From positions 175,274,001 to 175,338,000 of the forward strand of contig OX597817.1 in assembly GCA_951406725.2 (NCBI GenBank): a stretch of 64,000 nucleotides of DNA. The letters are read 5' to 3'. The position numbers were made by a program, and so were the translations under genes. Below the pieces are notes generated by a model. The model did no database searches. It worked only from the letters and a program-made list of their open reading frames with translations, and was not told the origin of the DNA. This DNA comes from Octopus vulgaris. Taxonomy: Eukaryota. Below, piece after piece: positions 39,994 through 54,993 of the stretch (its first letter is position 1; each line of letters starts with the position of its first letter).

Positions 39994-41229
39994 AGACAGG
40001 TTTTTTTCAGTTTCTGTCTACCAAATCCACTTACAAGGCTTTGGTCGGCCCGAGGCTATAGTAGGACACTTGCCCAAGGTGCCACGCAGTGGGACTGAAT
40101 CCGGAACCATGTGGCTGGGAAGCTAGCTTCTTACCATATAGTCGCTCCTGTGCCTATGTATATACGGTTTGTTTATAAATAATCTACTGGTTTCCGCCCA
40201 TCCATCGATCTCTCTATATATTGCCAATAATTTCTTAAGCTTGGCTTGGAAATGTTTTTTCACAGAACACAAATATTCTTAACTGTTTTTCCGACTAGAT
40301 TCAAAGATAAATTACAGTTGCATAACAAATACGCGGAGCGCGATTCCAAGAAATAACCACCACAAATAAAAGGCATCTAGTATACTCATTAACTCAGAAG
40401 TTTATGCTGTAGACATATATATATATATATATCCCAAATTTCCATAACCTATAAAACAGCAGAAATAATTTATTGTCAAATTTGCGATTTATATCGCTTT
40501 GAATGTTCGGTTGGCCACGGTAATGATTCTGGCATTTCAAAATTTTTGATATCATCGGCTTGCATAAATATCAGTAACAGCCATCATGATCGCTATCACC
40601 TGTTGATGAAGACGAGATGTGTTTATGTAATTATAACTAGACATTTCCTTTATAAACAAGGATCCATATCCAAAGAAAGGATATATCGAGTATGTATAGG
40701 AGTCTATATTATGCAAACGCAGGCTTTACTCTCCTCCATATTTTCGTCGTGTTACTAAAAATGTGTATACGCCTCGTTTTATTTTATTTATTACTAACTA
40801 ATATAAATGGTATATACGCATGTATGCGTACGTTTATTGCATGCTTATATGTGCTCATTATTTTGACAATATGCCTCATCATTGTATCTGACCCGTGATA
40901 AATAAATAAAAATTAAACTATTGCATATTAGCGAGGTAGCCTTTAGGTGGTTGCTCGACATGCTATAAATAGTAGCCAAATTATCCTGAAGATATATCTT
41001 ACTGTTTCAGCACTCTGCTGTTTGGAACATGTACGTAAACTACTTCCATTCTTACAAATCTCACTTTATTTTCTTGCTTTTAACTCAAGTTTCAATACAC
41101 TTTACACACTCTTTCGCTATACTTGCATAAACAATTTCTTTCAGCTGCAAATATTTCTTTCTTTTCCTTCCACGGTCAACATTTTTCCACATTTCATTCA
41201 CATTACAATTTCTATCTTTAAGTAACTTT

Positions 41230-42362
41230 CACCCTTTCTTTTTCACATAAAATGACACCGAAAAAGAGAAGTCGCCTCGGCCGCCATACTGCAGCAGCAG
41301 CGGCGCAAAAGGCGATTATCGCAAACGAGTCCTCCGACAAAAACGCTTTCAGACTTTCACAGAGCGCCTTACGTTCAGCGGAATCACGAGCTGCTGAAAA
41401 TTTACAACAGCGCAACGCACGCCGAGCAAAAGTGGCTTCATACGATGCTGCTTCCAGGGCTTCAGAGGGTCCGGAAACAAGGCCGAATCGCATGGCCATA
41501 AAGGCAGCTGCTGTTGCTGCACAAAGGGCTTCAGAGGACCCACAACAAAGGCCACTCGACTGGCTACAAACGCTGCGGCTAATGCTGCTTCAACATTTTC
41601 GGAACATTTACAACTACCGACCACTCACCTTCATACGAACGAGGCGCATTGCACTGCTTCCATGCCTTCTCAACATGCAGACGGCCGGTACATTACCATT
41701 GCAAACTTCGCTTCTGCTACTCATGCGACATTCCCACGACTCAAACCAGCAACGTTCTACATTCCAGAGGAACAGTCGACGGCGCAAGGCTACCCGCAGT
41801 CTGACGAGTCCAAACAGCCCTTACTGGCATCTACGGGCTTTCAAGTATGAGCCCAGCTTCAATTACTCGATGAACGCTGACATAAATATTGGGGAAATGT
41901 GCTTCAATTGCCAATTCTGCAATGCTAAAAAGTGAGCTGGGGAACCACCTGCAATGTGCTGCTTAAACGGTAAGGTCAGCTTGCCCCCTCTTCGGGAGCT
42001 GCCAGACCCTTTGAAGGAATTACTTAATGGTTCCATCTCAAGGTCATCAAAATTCCTTCAACTCGTCAGGAAGTACAATTGTGCATTTCAGATGACTTCT
42101 TTCGGGGTTAACGTTGTCAGAGAAACTGGTTGGATGCCTACTTTCAAGGTCCAGGGCCAGGTGTGCAACCTCGCATTCAATTCTTACACCATTCTACGAG
42201 GGGGTAGGAACCCCTTTACACGGCTTTCTTATACACTTACAAATACATTCATTCGCCGTAAACTTATATCAATATTTGCCTGAATAATCATCATAATTCA
42301 CTGCAATCATTAACAGTACTTTCAAGCAATTCAGCACCGAGCAACGCCGGGCAATTCTGCTA

Positions 42363-42363
<1 letters not shown>
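41230..42363 (+). mobile_element. Internally deleted Helitron (N-terminal RepHel fragment plus 3' terminus)
   Basis: CQFCNAKK..MCCLNGKVSLP..RKYNCAFQMTSFG..PTFKVQGQV is typical of the Helitron pre-Rep region. Ends CCGAGCAACGCCGGG...CTAG|T at 42363. Confidence 0.9.
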
Positions 42364-42430
<67 letters not shown>

Positions 42431-42603
42431 TTAACAATTGAGGATAAAATCTTTAAAAGAAATTATCAGTAGTCAGCGTGAAAAACCTCGTAAGAGAAAA
42501 AATCCGTAAATTCTTCCTCTTTGAAAATATTCATTTATATTATATTGAGGGTACTACTATTCGTAGATACCAACACGCTAAGAGGGACCAATGCGGTCAA
42601 AAC

Positions 42604-42750
42604 TACTAAAAATAAACAAAATTTTACCGAATGCAAAACTTCAAAACACATCATTTTAAAAACACATCATTTTAAAAACACATCGAATTCTTTTTTAAAA
42701 TGATGTGTTTTGAAGTTTTGCATTCGGTAAAATTTTGTTTATTTTTAGTA
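42604..42750. repeat. Fold-back inverted repeat with an internal 17-bp tandem
   Basis: TACTAAAAATAAACAAAATTTTACCGAATGCAAAACTTCAAAACACATCATTTTAAAAA is mirrored at about 42692-42750. Confidence 0.9.
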
Positions 42751-42758
42751 ATATAAAA

Positions 42759-42831
<73 letters not shown>

Positions 42832-43171
42832 GTAAAAATGATAGAAAAATCTCACCCGAAATGCCTCCGCCACATACTCAAAATAAACGGGTCCTCACTC
42901 ATTCCTCAATATTGAAGCTAGGATTACATGAAACCAAGCCTTGCTTAAAACGAATCAACTTCGATGGACTGGCCATCTTTCCAGTATGGATGATGAGCGC
43001 ATTCTCAAACAAAAGCTTTATGGTTAGCTTATGTTGGGAAAGAGAATAAATAGTAAGGGGAAGAAGAGAATACAAAGACTCCTTAAAATTAAACACCTAT
43101 TTATACACCTGTCTTCGTCTTTTGTTTTTATGTAAATTTTAACTACACACACACACACATACACACACACA

Positions 43172-43400
43172 CGAGGTGGTACTGAAAAGTTCCCGGCTTT
43201 GGCTAAAAGAAAATACAGGCGAACCAGTTAATTAGGATTTTGTTCAGTATATTCCTCTCTTAGATTCACACACTTATTGGAGCGGTCCTTCAGTTTTTCT
43301 AAGCCAATCCTGTAATGAAAAGAAATCGGGGAGGAGGTTGATCCTCCAGTCAGGGCCTTTCGCGATACCCTTAAAGCCAGGAACTTTTCAGCACCTCTCG
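43172..43400. mobile_element. Mariner-type MITE
   Basis: TIRs CGAGGTGGTACTGAAAAGTTCCCGGCTTT / AAAGCCAGGAACTTTTCAGCACCTCTCG, followed by TA. Confidence 0.8.
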
Positions 43401-43405
43401 TATAC

Positions 43406-43438
<33 letters not shown>

Positions 43439-44271
43439 GAAATATATATTTACATGAATACATATAAATGTGAGCAGACATGCATACGTATATTTACATG
43501 CACACACACACACACACATACGCACACACGCGCACACACACACAAATAGGCATGCACATATATATTACATGTTCTCACATACATACACGAATGATTATAC
43601 ATATAACACATATATAAAGAAATTAGGAACCGCTTCCGAATCTCGTCGATGTTGGCGTCTCAAAGCAGTCTTTGATGAGATAAAAAGTTTCCTTCTATGC
43701 AACAGTAACAGACGCAGAGAAGTAAAGGACTGAATTAACAGCATAAACAGAGAGGGAAGGAGAAGGAACTTTCAACTGAAAATGCAGAGTGGGATATTTT
43801 AGTATTTCGTCATCCTGGCAGATACACTAACCATTCAATCGACTATTAAAGTGAAGGTCATTGTAACAAGACGCTTCATGTAGAAACACCCTCCGCCTTT
43901 CATTGGTGGTTATGCTTAAACAGAGAGGAAAGTACGTTCGTTTGAATTGCTCTTTGTATGCACTCTCATAATTTACCACCAAGCATTTAATTATGCACCT
44001 ACACACACAGGCACACACACACACACACACGCACGCACACACATACAGACACACATATATACATACCCCTAAGTTTTCTCTCTCCCCCTACCCCCTCTCT
44101 CTCTCTATATATATGTGTGAGTGCGTACATATATGTATATTTATGTGTGCGTATATATATATATATATATTTACTTGTTTCAGCCTTTAGTCGAGCAAAT
44201 CGACCCCAGGACTTATTCTTTGTAAGCCTAGTACTTATTATATCGGTCTCTTTGCTGAACTGGTAAGTTAC

Positions 44272-44309
<38 letters not shown>

Positions 44310-45229
44310 GCATATAGGCGTAGCTTTGTGGTAAGAAGTTTGCTTCCCAACCATATGGTTCCGGGTTTAGTTCCACTGCGTGGCACCTTCCGCAGTTGTC
44401 TTCTATTATAGCCTCGGGCTGACTAAAGCCTTGTGAGTGGATTTGCTAGATGAAAACTGAAAGAAGCCCGTCGTATATATATGTATGTATGTGTATGAGT
44501 GTATCTGAGTCTGTGTTTATCCTCCCAGTTACCGCTTGACAACCGATGTTGGTGTGTTTAAGTCCCTGTAACCTGGCGGTTCAGCAAAGATCCCGATAGA
44601 ATAATTGCTCCTGATGTCGATTCGTTCGTCTAAAACCCTTCAAAGCGGTGCTCCAGCCTGTCCGCAGCCAAATGACAGAAACAAGTAAAAGAATAAAAGA
44701 TTAAAAAATATAATAAATGCAGTCAAAACACGGAGCTACAAAGAAAAAGTACGAATATCAGAAGACGAAAGCTAGTCGGGCTGACGTGGATTATAAAAGC
44801 ATACGATACGGGAAGTTTAACGAAATGGGGCTAATCTATTTTTATATTTAATATCACTTGGAGTTAATACAACCAACTGATTGTTACTAGAGATGAATCA
44901 ATTATTAATACAGACAGTAATTAATTAATTAATTGTAGGATCTTTCCTAGATGTTCATTTGAATTTTTATAAACAAGGGCGTTTGAAAATTATACATGGA
45001 ATATAATACCATATGATATACAATACAGTATAATTATAAACATACATAGATTACATACACACACACATATCTATATATTCATATGTATGCATATACATGT
45101 ATACACACGCACAGATATAGACATATATTAACATAAATACATTCATGCAAGTTAAACCGTATTACAAATGTAAATATTATAATTTATGCGAGAAAAATTA
45201 TGTTTGTTTAAACTATCGAGGGGGTTTCT

Positions 45230-46760
45230 ACTTGTTGGTAATGTTCATAGGTTTATAATGTCGGGTTGAACTGTGCGTGCGGTGCCTGCAAGAAGAGATG
45301 AATTCACAAACGTTGTTTCATAAAGCGTGTTGAACAAACAGGACTTAATTTTTCTCTAATGTACATAATTGACACTGTTTTTCATTATGGTTGTACGGTT
45401 TGTCTCTTGCACTATATGTTGATTTGAGAGTAAGAGGTCTTTAGTTGACAGGCGTATGCCGGTAGTGAAGTGGGGGATTTACTATTTCTGTATTTAAGCG
45501 CAAAGAAGCGTAGTATCTTTTTCAAATGGTTCACAGTAAAACCCACATGCAATTATAATCCAGAGCAGGTTTCTAAACCAGTTCTTTGGTATTAGAAAAC
45601 ATAGGTTACTGCCACTGCGCTTGAAATTAGATGGGAAACAAGTATTGTTTTGGTGACTGTTTCTTAATTTGTTTACGCTTGAAAATGTAACTGCTTGAGT
45701 GGATTTTCTTTTGTTGAGAGCAAAATGTTGCGTCTGTCTATGTCGAACAATTTATAGCATATCTAGTGTTTTAGGAAGTGTATACCTAAGAGCCTAAAAA
45801 CGTTGTTTTAAAGACTGGGTTATACCAGTTAAGTGATGTCTTTAGATTTCTTTGTCAAAAGAATTAGTTACATTTTGTATATATTTTGTCTCTCTGACTA
45901 CTTTTCGGTAGTGCATCATTCAGTGGCACGCTGATTCATTGGAAACTTTTTTTATCGAAAGCAATGAAAATATTATTTGTGAAGTATTTTAGATCAGTTT
46001 TTTAAAGAATATTTCTCAGGGGGATTGATTGTTTGTTTATGTGAAAGAAAGAAAAAGAGGAAAAAGAAACTGCGTCTTATTACGATTTTTATGTAGGCTA
46101 AATATGTTATTTGATAAGGTTAGCATTACATCAAGAAACTTCATTCATTTTTTTACTCTGTACGATAAGGATTTTAAATCCTAATTGTTTGAAAAAAAGG
46201 TGGAGATATTTCCGAAATCTCTCTGCAAATTTAGGGGACATTCTTGTTAATAACAACAATCCGTCATCTTGGTACAGACCTCCTTTTATGAATGGGAAAT
46301 TCACTTTCATTTTGTGTAAAACATGCACTTTGTGTGAAATATATAAGCCAACTAGGAAGATGGCTTTTGCAGAGTCCTTGCGATCCCAAACTAACGTTGA
46401 AAGGATCGAGAACCCTGCTATCTTTCTTTATCCATTTGCTATTATTATGGAATAATAAAGCTTTATGGGTTTAACTATATGGTTTCGATTTGGGTGGATA
46501 TGATGTTGATGATATTGCCAGCATGGTAAATGCATCCGAAAGTTTCATTTGGTAAATGGAACCACAGTCACAAATGTCGAACTGAAGGGGAAAACACTTG
46601 CCAAAGATCACAAGAATTTCGAACATTTCCATAGTGGCGTTTTGGAAATATTTTTAATAGGTTGTATAGAATCTAATGTCGTTGTGGTGATTATGCCAAT
46701 GTCAGACTTTTGCAGTTCTCACCGTTTGTTCTTACTGTCCTGTTTTTGTTACAACTTTAA
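45230..46760 (-). mobile_element. Decayed Penelope-like element (RT and GIY-YIG C-terminus)
   Basis: GGLYQDDGL (cf. GLYRDDGL) in ORF 46131-46328, FNVSLGS upstream, and KPYNHNEKQCQLCTLEK and EFISSCRH at about 45280-45400. Confidence 0.8.
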
Positions 46761-47086
46761 CCCTCCGAAAAAAATCCCAAATTTTATTTAATTTAATTTG
46801 TTTCGCAGGAAGGACTGTTTTAACGAAGTCGCGTCTTATCCCTACCTTCGTAACGCGGAGTAGATAAAACAGGGGACAACTGATGAAGGGAATGTTCTTT
46901 ATGTTGCTAGTCTCGTTTCTCTATTTACTTTTTCGTTGTTCGAAAAAAGTTCGTATTCCATGCTTTTGTTTTTTATGTTCTCGTTTCTCATTTTATTCAC
47001 GTTTTTTCTGACGTCCTGTACCCATATATGCATGTATATATACATATATATATAGGCATGTACATGGATGTCTGTATATATGCATA

Positions 47087-47139
<53 letters not shown>

Positions 47140-47175
47140 CATACATACATACATATATATATATATATACATACA

Positions 47176-47214
<39 letters not shown>

Positions 47215-47249
47215 CTATCTATATATATCTATCATATATATCTGTATCA

Positions 47250-47329
<80 letters not shown>

Positions 47330-47333
<4 letters not shown>

Positions 47334-48583
47334 GTTATCCCATAAGTTCTCTCCGATTTTACCTTTTTTAAAACTGAATGAAATTTAATAGTATTTTATT
47401 ATGTCTAATAGAATTAAAAATTATTTTTATACATTTGTCTACATTTAAACTAATTAAATATCATTTTACAGAATAATAGAATTAAAATTTCTTTGATTAA
47501 AACCTTTTCTAACATGGAAGTATCCAAAGAGCATTTGAGGCACATAATGCTCTATGAGTACAAAAAAGGAAACTCTGCAGCCGAAGCCACTCGAAGCATA
47601 CACTCAGTTTATGGGAAAGAATGTTTGAATGAAAGAACTTGCAGAAGATAGTTTGCAAAATTCTTAAGTGGAGATTTCAGCCTTGAAGATGAAGATCGAA
47701 CAGGACGTCCAGTTGAGTTTGATGATAAGCTCCTTGAGGCATTACTTGAAGAAAAACCTGCATTATCAGTTGAAGAATTGGCGATAAAGCTTAGTTCAAA
47801 CCATACAACTGTTCATCGTCATCTTCAACAACTTGGAAAATGGGTACCTCATGAATTGTCCAAAAGCAACCGCAAATCCCGAGTTGACATCTGTTCTTCT
47901 CTCCATTCTCGCGAACTCATTTCACCCTTTTTCGATAGACTTGTGACTGGTGACGAAAAGTGGATCTTCTATCGAAATGTTAAACGTCGTTAACAGTGGC
48001 TTGGTAAAAGGGAAACAGCTCAACCGCAACCGAGAAGGGAACTTCATGGAAAAAAGTTCTTCCCTCTATCTGGTGGGATCGCAAAGGAGTAATTCACTTT
48101 GAATTGTTACCACCTAATGCAACAATCAATGTTCAAATCTACTATCAGCAATTAGAGCGTTTGGACCAAGCTTTGAAGAAAAAAAGACCCGCTTTAGTGA
48201 ATCGAAAGGTAGTGATGTTTCATCAGGACAATGCGCGACTCCACACTGCAAAGATCACATCACAGAAGATCGAAGAGCTTGGTTGGGAAAAAATTCCTCA
48301 TCCACCTTATTTCCTCGACCTTGCTCCTTCAGACTACCATTTGTTTCGTAGTTTACAGAATCATTTGGGGGACATAACTTTCGCAAGCCAGGAGGAGGTC
48401 GAAACTTACATTTCAGAGTTCTTCGCTTTGAAACCAAAAGAGTTTTACATTGATAGGATTAAAATGCTTGTAAATAGATGGAAGGAAGTCATAGATAATC
48501 AGGGAAAGTAAATTGATGATTAAATATCAATTATATATAACATTTGATCACTTATTTTCTTTATTCAAAACTTGTGGGATGAC

Positions 48584-48587
<4 letters not shown>
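47330..48587 (+). mobile_element. Near full-length mariner element with a disrupted transposase
   Basis: TIRs TCAGGTTATCCCATAAGTT / AACTTGTGGGATGACCTGA in (TA)n. ATG at 47514 MEVSKEHLRHIMLYEY, then WVPHEL, VTGDEKW, HQDNAR and DLAPSDYHLF, with stops and frameshifts. Confidence 0.96.
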
Positions 48588-48646
<59 letters not shown>

Positions 48647-48714
48647 ACATATACACATATACATATATAAACATATATATATGTGTACATACATATATTT
48701 ACATATATACATAG

Positions 48715-49124
48715 TTGTAAAATAAAATATGTTGTATATAAAGCTACTATTACAACACATGAACTTTCTAGGTTTCATTGTATTGGTTGCACGCAGACCC
48801 CCCCTCTTAAATTACGTTTGAATACTCATAAATCATCTTTTAATGATCCTCGGAAAGAAAGTAGAAGTAGTTTATCCAAAAAGGTATTCTTTCTTTTATT
48901 CTTTTACTTGTTTCAGTCATTTGACTGCGGCCATGCTGGAGCATCGCCTTTAGTCGAGCAAATCGACCCCGGGACTTATTCTTTTTTATAAGCCCAGTAC
49001 TTATTCTATCAGTCTCTTTTGCCGAACCGCTAAGTGACGGGGACGTAAACACACCAGCATCGGTTGTCAAGCAATGCTGGAGGGACAAACACAGGCACAC
49101 AAACATATACATATACACACATAT

Positions 49125-49178
<54 letters not shown>

Positions 49179-49530
49179 GACAGGGTTCTTTCAGTTTCCG
49201 TCTACCAAATCCACTCACAAGGCATTGTTCGGCCCGAGGCTATAGCAGAAGACACTTGCCCAAGATGCCACGCAGTGGGACTGAACCCGGAACCATGTGG
49301 TTGGTTAGCAAGCTACTTACCACACAGCCACTCCTGCGCCTATGGCAACTTAAATGACATAACATGAATAACTCAATTTCTTGGAATATTGTTTCTTCTG
49401 CCCCTTCCTATACGATTAGAAATAGAACTTGTCTTTTATGCCTAGAAGAGTCTTATATAATTATGAAAAGGAATGGTTTCATCTTAAATTCAAGAGATGA
49501 AAGAGCTTTTTCTGCTAAACGTCCAAATGT
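48715..49530 (+). mobile_element. Penelope-like GIY-YIG endonuclease remnant interrupted by a SINE B
   Basis: VVYKATIT...CIGCT...KLRLNTHKSSF...SLSKK, SINE at about 48890-49341, then WQLK..ISWNIV..APSY..CLLCLEE. Confidence 0.82.
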
Positions 49531-50472
49531 CTTTTCATTAACCTTAATTAGCCTTATTGATTACCTCGTTTCCATTTTTTATTAGTTCTTATTATACTCT
49601 TAGGTGTATGTGTATGTCTTCTCTGTGTGTGCATGTATATATGTACTTTCTTTGGTGCATATGCATGTATGTATGTGTACATGTGTGTATGTGTAAATTC
49701 GTGTATATATATATGTGTGTATATATATGTATGTGAGTGTATGCATATGTATGTGTCCGTGTGTATGCATATATACATATGTGTGTATGTTTGTATGTAT
49801 GTATATATATATGTCTTTGTATGTGTGTATATATATACTTATATATAAGCATGTATATATGTGTGCGTGTACATATTTATGTATGTGTGTGTGTATGATA
49901 TATGTATATCTATGTGTATGTATGTGTGTGTGTGTATATATATATATATATGTGTATGTGTGTGTGTATGTATGTGCGTGTATATATATATATGCGTCTT
50001 ATGTGAATACGTACTTTATTATTTTATTTTACTTGTTTGTACTTTATTATTATTTTACTTGTTTGTATCTTCCCTAACGCACTTGTACGTGTATGTGTGA
50101 CTGTATGCATGTGTGTGTTTGTATGTGTGTGTATGTGTGTGTATGTGTACGTGTGTATGTGTACGTGTGTATGTGTACGTGTGTATGTGTACGTGTGTAT
50201 GCATAAATGTATGACTGTATATCCTTATGTATTAAGTGTATACATTTTTTCTATCACTTGTAAATTTATTCGTTTTTGTTCCTATTCTTTTTTCATTATC
50301 TCCCCTACCCCGAGCTAGTTTTTGAGTAAGGTAACTCTCTTGAATACACCGACCGGTCTTGTCCGTGATTGTTGCTTTTTATTTGTTAAGTTCTTTCTGG
50401 TTTTCTCCCTGCTTGTATGTAGATTTTTGCTTAAATGTTGTATCTTTTTCAAACATATCAGCTTTAAGCATC

Positions 50473-50555
<83 letters not shown>

Positions 50556-50939
50556 TTTTTCAATATTAATATGTAAACGTATAACTCTCTGTGGCTTTTT
50601 TTCTACTAGTGAACCTGTTGCGTTATATTCTACTATACACACGTAACCTTGTTTACATTATACTTCGTCTCGACCCGTTACTATTTCTCTAAACATATCC
50701 GTTAGATTTCTATTTTTATGTTATAGTTTACTGCACATATAGACTTGCATACACATTGATATGTCTCTTTCGTTCTCGTCTCTCTCACTATTCTTATTGT
50801 TATTATCTTTCCCCTTTACAACTTGTTTGTAAATATCCGATTTTTTCCGTTCACCCTATCTGTATTCTCCCTTATTTTATTTTATTTTATTTTATTTTAT
50901 TCTATTAAACCCTTTTTGATGTTCTCCCAAAAATTCCTC

Positions 50940-51036
50940 ACACTGCTGAGAATGACAATGCATAAATTTAATTATAATTACTATGATTATAATTTTTTCT
51001 TACATATTTGTATTGTCTTTCGAAACGTGCGTATGT
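50940..51036 (+). ncRNA. Hammerhead-like motif with one core substitution, downstream of the Penelope remnant
   Basis: ACA-CTGCTGA-GAATGACAATGCA...TGTATTGTCTTTC-GAAA-CGTGCG-TA-TGT. Confidence 0.55.
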
Positions 51037-51395
51037 ATTGAATCCAATTTTGTATTAAATCTAATTTTGATTCAACATCTTTTTCCTCCTTTTTTATACT
51101 TCTCTATGGTATATTTATACCTATAACGAAATTTTTCAACTATCATTTTCATATTCTTATTATTTGCTCTGGCTATTTTTTATGAATATGATGAATCTTT
51201 ATTAGAAATCATTTTTCTCTCTTTTTGGATCTCTCAAAAAGTTTGAATTGTTCTTTTTGAACTTATATATATGTGTGTATGTATATATATAGATATATAT
51301 ATACGTATGTATATATATATGTATGTATATATATATACATGTATACATATATATATGTATATATGTATATATATATATACATACATATATATATG

Positions 51396-51454
<59 letters not shown>

Positions 51455-51457
51455 ATA

Positions 51458-51608
51458 CCAGCAGAGGCACTCGGCGTTGCCCGGGAATAAAATTCTTCCT
51501 TACATATTGGAAGAAAAAAGCAAAATATATTGTATAGAAATATTTTATTCTAAATTCAATTCTTTAATTGAGAAATCAATTCTGAATTCATAATACAAAG
51601 CAATAATG

Positions 51609-51679
<71 letters not shown>

Positions 51680-52930
51680 CGAAAATACAAAATTTACCAG
51701 TTTTATGAAAGGAAATAAATTCTACCACGTATGTTGCAGGAAATTATGTAAGAGCTTCTGGGTAAACAACATTCTTTGTTTTCTGGTTTGGAGCATAGAC
51801 AAATGAGTCTTGCAAACTACCTACCTCGGAGCAGCCAACATAGTTGACCATGAGAAAAGCAAGCCAGTAGATTTCAAAGACTGACCTTGAGCTTTATTAA
51901 TAGACATTGCAAAGCGAAGTTGCATTGGGAATTTTGTTCGTTTGAACTCAAATGGCATGTCTTGATTGGTTTGATTGGAATTCTTGGAACAAAAACCTCT
52001 TCCCCAGAGTCACATCCAGTGATGATGGTAGCGTCTGTCACTTTAGGTGATAATGTCTTCACAATCAACCATGTCGCATTTTATCATTTAGGAGGATCTA
52101 AATTTCTTAGAAATATCATTGGGACTCCTACCTTCAGAAAAAGTTTATGTGGAGGAATTCCAGGTGGCTCAAGAAAATTAAGGAACTCTATTGGGTAATG
52201 GACAGCTTGATTTTCATCAACTGATTTGTGCTTCTTAATGACTGTTGATATTCATTAATTCATGGTTAATTCTTGCCACTGTCTCATTTTTTTGAGTATG
52301 AATTCCTCTTTCACGCAACCATTTATGTGAATTATAATTATTACTTAATTCTGGTAATATCCTGTTCTTCAATCCAGCTGGAGAATTCACTATGGTAGCA
52401 ATATGAGCCAAACTGATATCACCATTCCCATCAAATAGTATTTTCCTGTTTCCTAATTGGAGGAGCCAAGTTGAAAACTGTTTTGCACATTGGTCCCCAT
52501 GTAATGAAGCTCGTACGTTAGTATTGAAGGAGAATTTCAGTACTTTATTCCATAGGTGTGAAGATTTCATGCATGCTTTTATTTTATCAGATGTTGTTCG
52601 TCTCAGAAGGACTGGTAATGTCTGTCTGAAGTCTCCTGATAAACTAATGTAACTCCTCCCATAAATTGAATGTCACCTTTGATGTCCTATAAGGTCTTAC
52701 CAATAGGTTCCATTCACCTCTATGTGACATGGTGCATTCATCCAAATGATAAGGTGGCATTAGCACAACACTTCTGGTGAACCTAAATCTTTGCTTATGT
52801 TACAAATTGGACTGTCACTTGTGATCAGGTTTACGGGTAATTTAAAAGCAGAATGAGCTGTTCATCCTCCTGGAAGAATGGTGGCAGCAAAGCCAGACAA
52901 TGGTACAGCAACTGCAATTCTTTTGTTGCC
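51458..52930 (-). mobile_element. Helitron PIF1-like helicase remnant with 3' terminus
   Basis: KSSHLW, FSTWLLQLGN, PPHKLFLKVGVP, ATIITG..GEEVFVPRIP, and SGDFRQTLPV near 52610-52640. Minus-strand end CCCGGGCAACGCCGAG...CTGG|T. Confidence 0.9.
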
Positions 52931-53191
52931 TTACTTTAGAGCATCAAGAAAGAAAATTCCTCTGCTTTTTTCTGACGATTGTGGAACGCCGCACGCACAC
53001 ACAGAGATAGACACACGCACACATGCACACACATGGATACATATACATACAGTATCAAACATCAGATGAAATGGACGCGTGTGAGTGTGTGAGAGAGAGA
53101 GAGCGAGTGAAGGGGTGTGTTGCCATGTATACGTACATACATAAATAAATTGGCATACATCTTTCTTGCATGTATATGTGCGTGAGAGAGA

Positions 53192-53222
<31 letters not shown>

Positions 53223-54697
53223 CCACTTAGATATCACTCTCTTTCTCACACACATACATACAAAAAGTTGTATGCATAAGTATTTATGTATGTACGTATA
53301 CATGACAACACACGCCTTCACCCACTCACACACATACATAAATGTATACAAACGTTTGCGTGTGTGACTGACAACAAATACATAGAGCTGAACACAGCGG
53401 GAAAAAGAAAATAAATAAAAAGTTTTTACGTAAATGAACGAAATATGCGATATTTGTTTAATAAAGAAATGAAACCTGAAGTGTGTATGCGCGTGTGTGT
53501 GTGTGTTTGTGTGTGTTTGTGTGTGTGAGAGAGAGAGAGAGAGAAGATTGAAAACAATGCATAAGATAGACATGAAATGAAAAAATCGTATAAATAAAAG
53601 CAGGTTAAAAACTATCTTGTACCGAATAATTAAATTTATGAACTTAATAAATATTTCTTTCAATAATTTATCGTTGTTGTTTACAAATAGAGAATTAAAA
53701 CTTAAAATGAAAATATTAAAATTAGACAGGGACAGACTTCGCCGTTTTTATGTCAGTACCGGAAGTTGACACTTAGAAACCTTTTTAAAGAAGTGAATCT
53801 AATTTAATAATATTCCGAGGTATATTTGTAGAGAATTTCATTAAAAAATATCCATTCTCTTGAAAGTTAAGACGTATTGAAGTGGACTCCGGTGAATTTT
53901 CAGAAGTTCCTCACCCCCTCTTAAAACACATACCCCTAAACAATTTGTATATTCGGAATCTACATGAAATAACACATATTCGTAGAAAATTTTATTAAAA
54001 AATATCCATTTTACTGAAAGTTATGATCATCCAAATATGGTGGAGGGCAGCAATTTGTAGCTATGCCGACAAATTTGATACTTGGCATGGTTGTATATGT
54101 TTACAGAAATACACAAGTGCAGAAGATAGCAAACAATCAAAATAACTTGGTAACGGAAATTATGTTTCTTAATACGACGGGCAGAAAGGAAATAAGAAAT
54201 TTTAACGGAAAATAAAGTATTGAATGTGTTGAGGCAAAATGTGTAACTCAGTGAACCAAAGAGCCAGTGTCGAAGGAACCAGAAAGAAACCGTCAACAAC
54301 AGAAAAACACAAAACCGTACGGATTGAATTGAAATTTATGAAGATACTTCTGTCAGTAAATTATAAAATTACTTTCATCAGTAATTGTGAACTTCTTTCT
54401 GCCAGTAATTTGTCGTTGTTTGTTTGTAAATACCAATTGAAAACTTACAGTGAAAACAATAACATGGAAGTTAATCAATGGCGCATGAAAATTAAAAGTG
54501 AAAAGAATAGCGTCTGAAAAATGAAAGTGAAAACAAGAGATATAAATAGAGAGAGATGGGTAGAGAGATATACATAAAGAGATATGTTACGTCACTGACG
54601 CTAGAAAACCGAAAGTAAATATTTTAAAAACTTTCAAAGATGTGAATATAATATAAAAAGGAATATTTTTTTATTTTTGATTATTTTTAATAATAAA

Positions 54698-54776
<79 letters not shown>

Positions 54777-54813
54777 TATGTATGTATGTATGTGTGTGTG
54801 TGTGTGAACAATT

Positions 54814-54993
54814 GCAGCGTGTAAGGTGCTTGTAAGCCATTTAAGAAACACAAAAAACCCCGTTAGATTCACTTTAAATTTAATTTGCCAAAATAAGTGA
54901 CGAAAATATTTTGGCAAATCAAACTTAAATGTTGAAGTGAATCTAATGATTTTTTGTGTTTCTTAAATGGCTTATAAACACCTTCCACGCTGC
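54814..54993. repeat. Fold-back inverted repeat (about 80-bp arms)
   Basis: GCAGCGTGTAAGGTGCTTGTAAGCCATTTAAGAAACACAAAAAA mirrored by TTTTTTGTGTTTCTTAAATGGCTTATAAACACCTTCCACGCTGC. Confidence 0.88.

Noticed and set aside
41252-41935. 227-aa Ala/Arg-rich ORF as a host gene
   Set aside because: It runs directly into Helitron motifs and is the frameshifted N-terminus of RepHel.
46840-46910. CTGATGA box suggesting a hammerhead (also CTCATGA near 5051)
   Set aside because: No correctly placed GAAA or stem III could be built.
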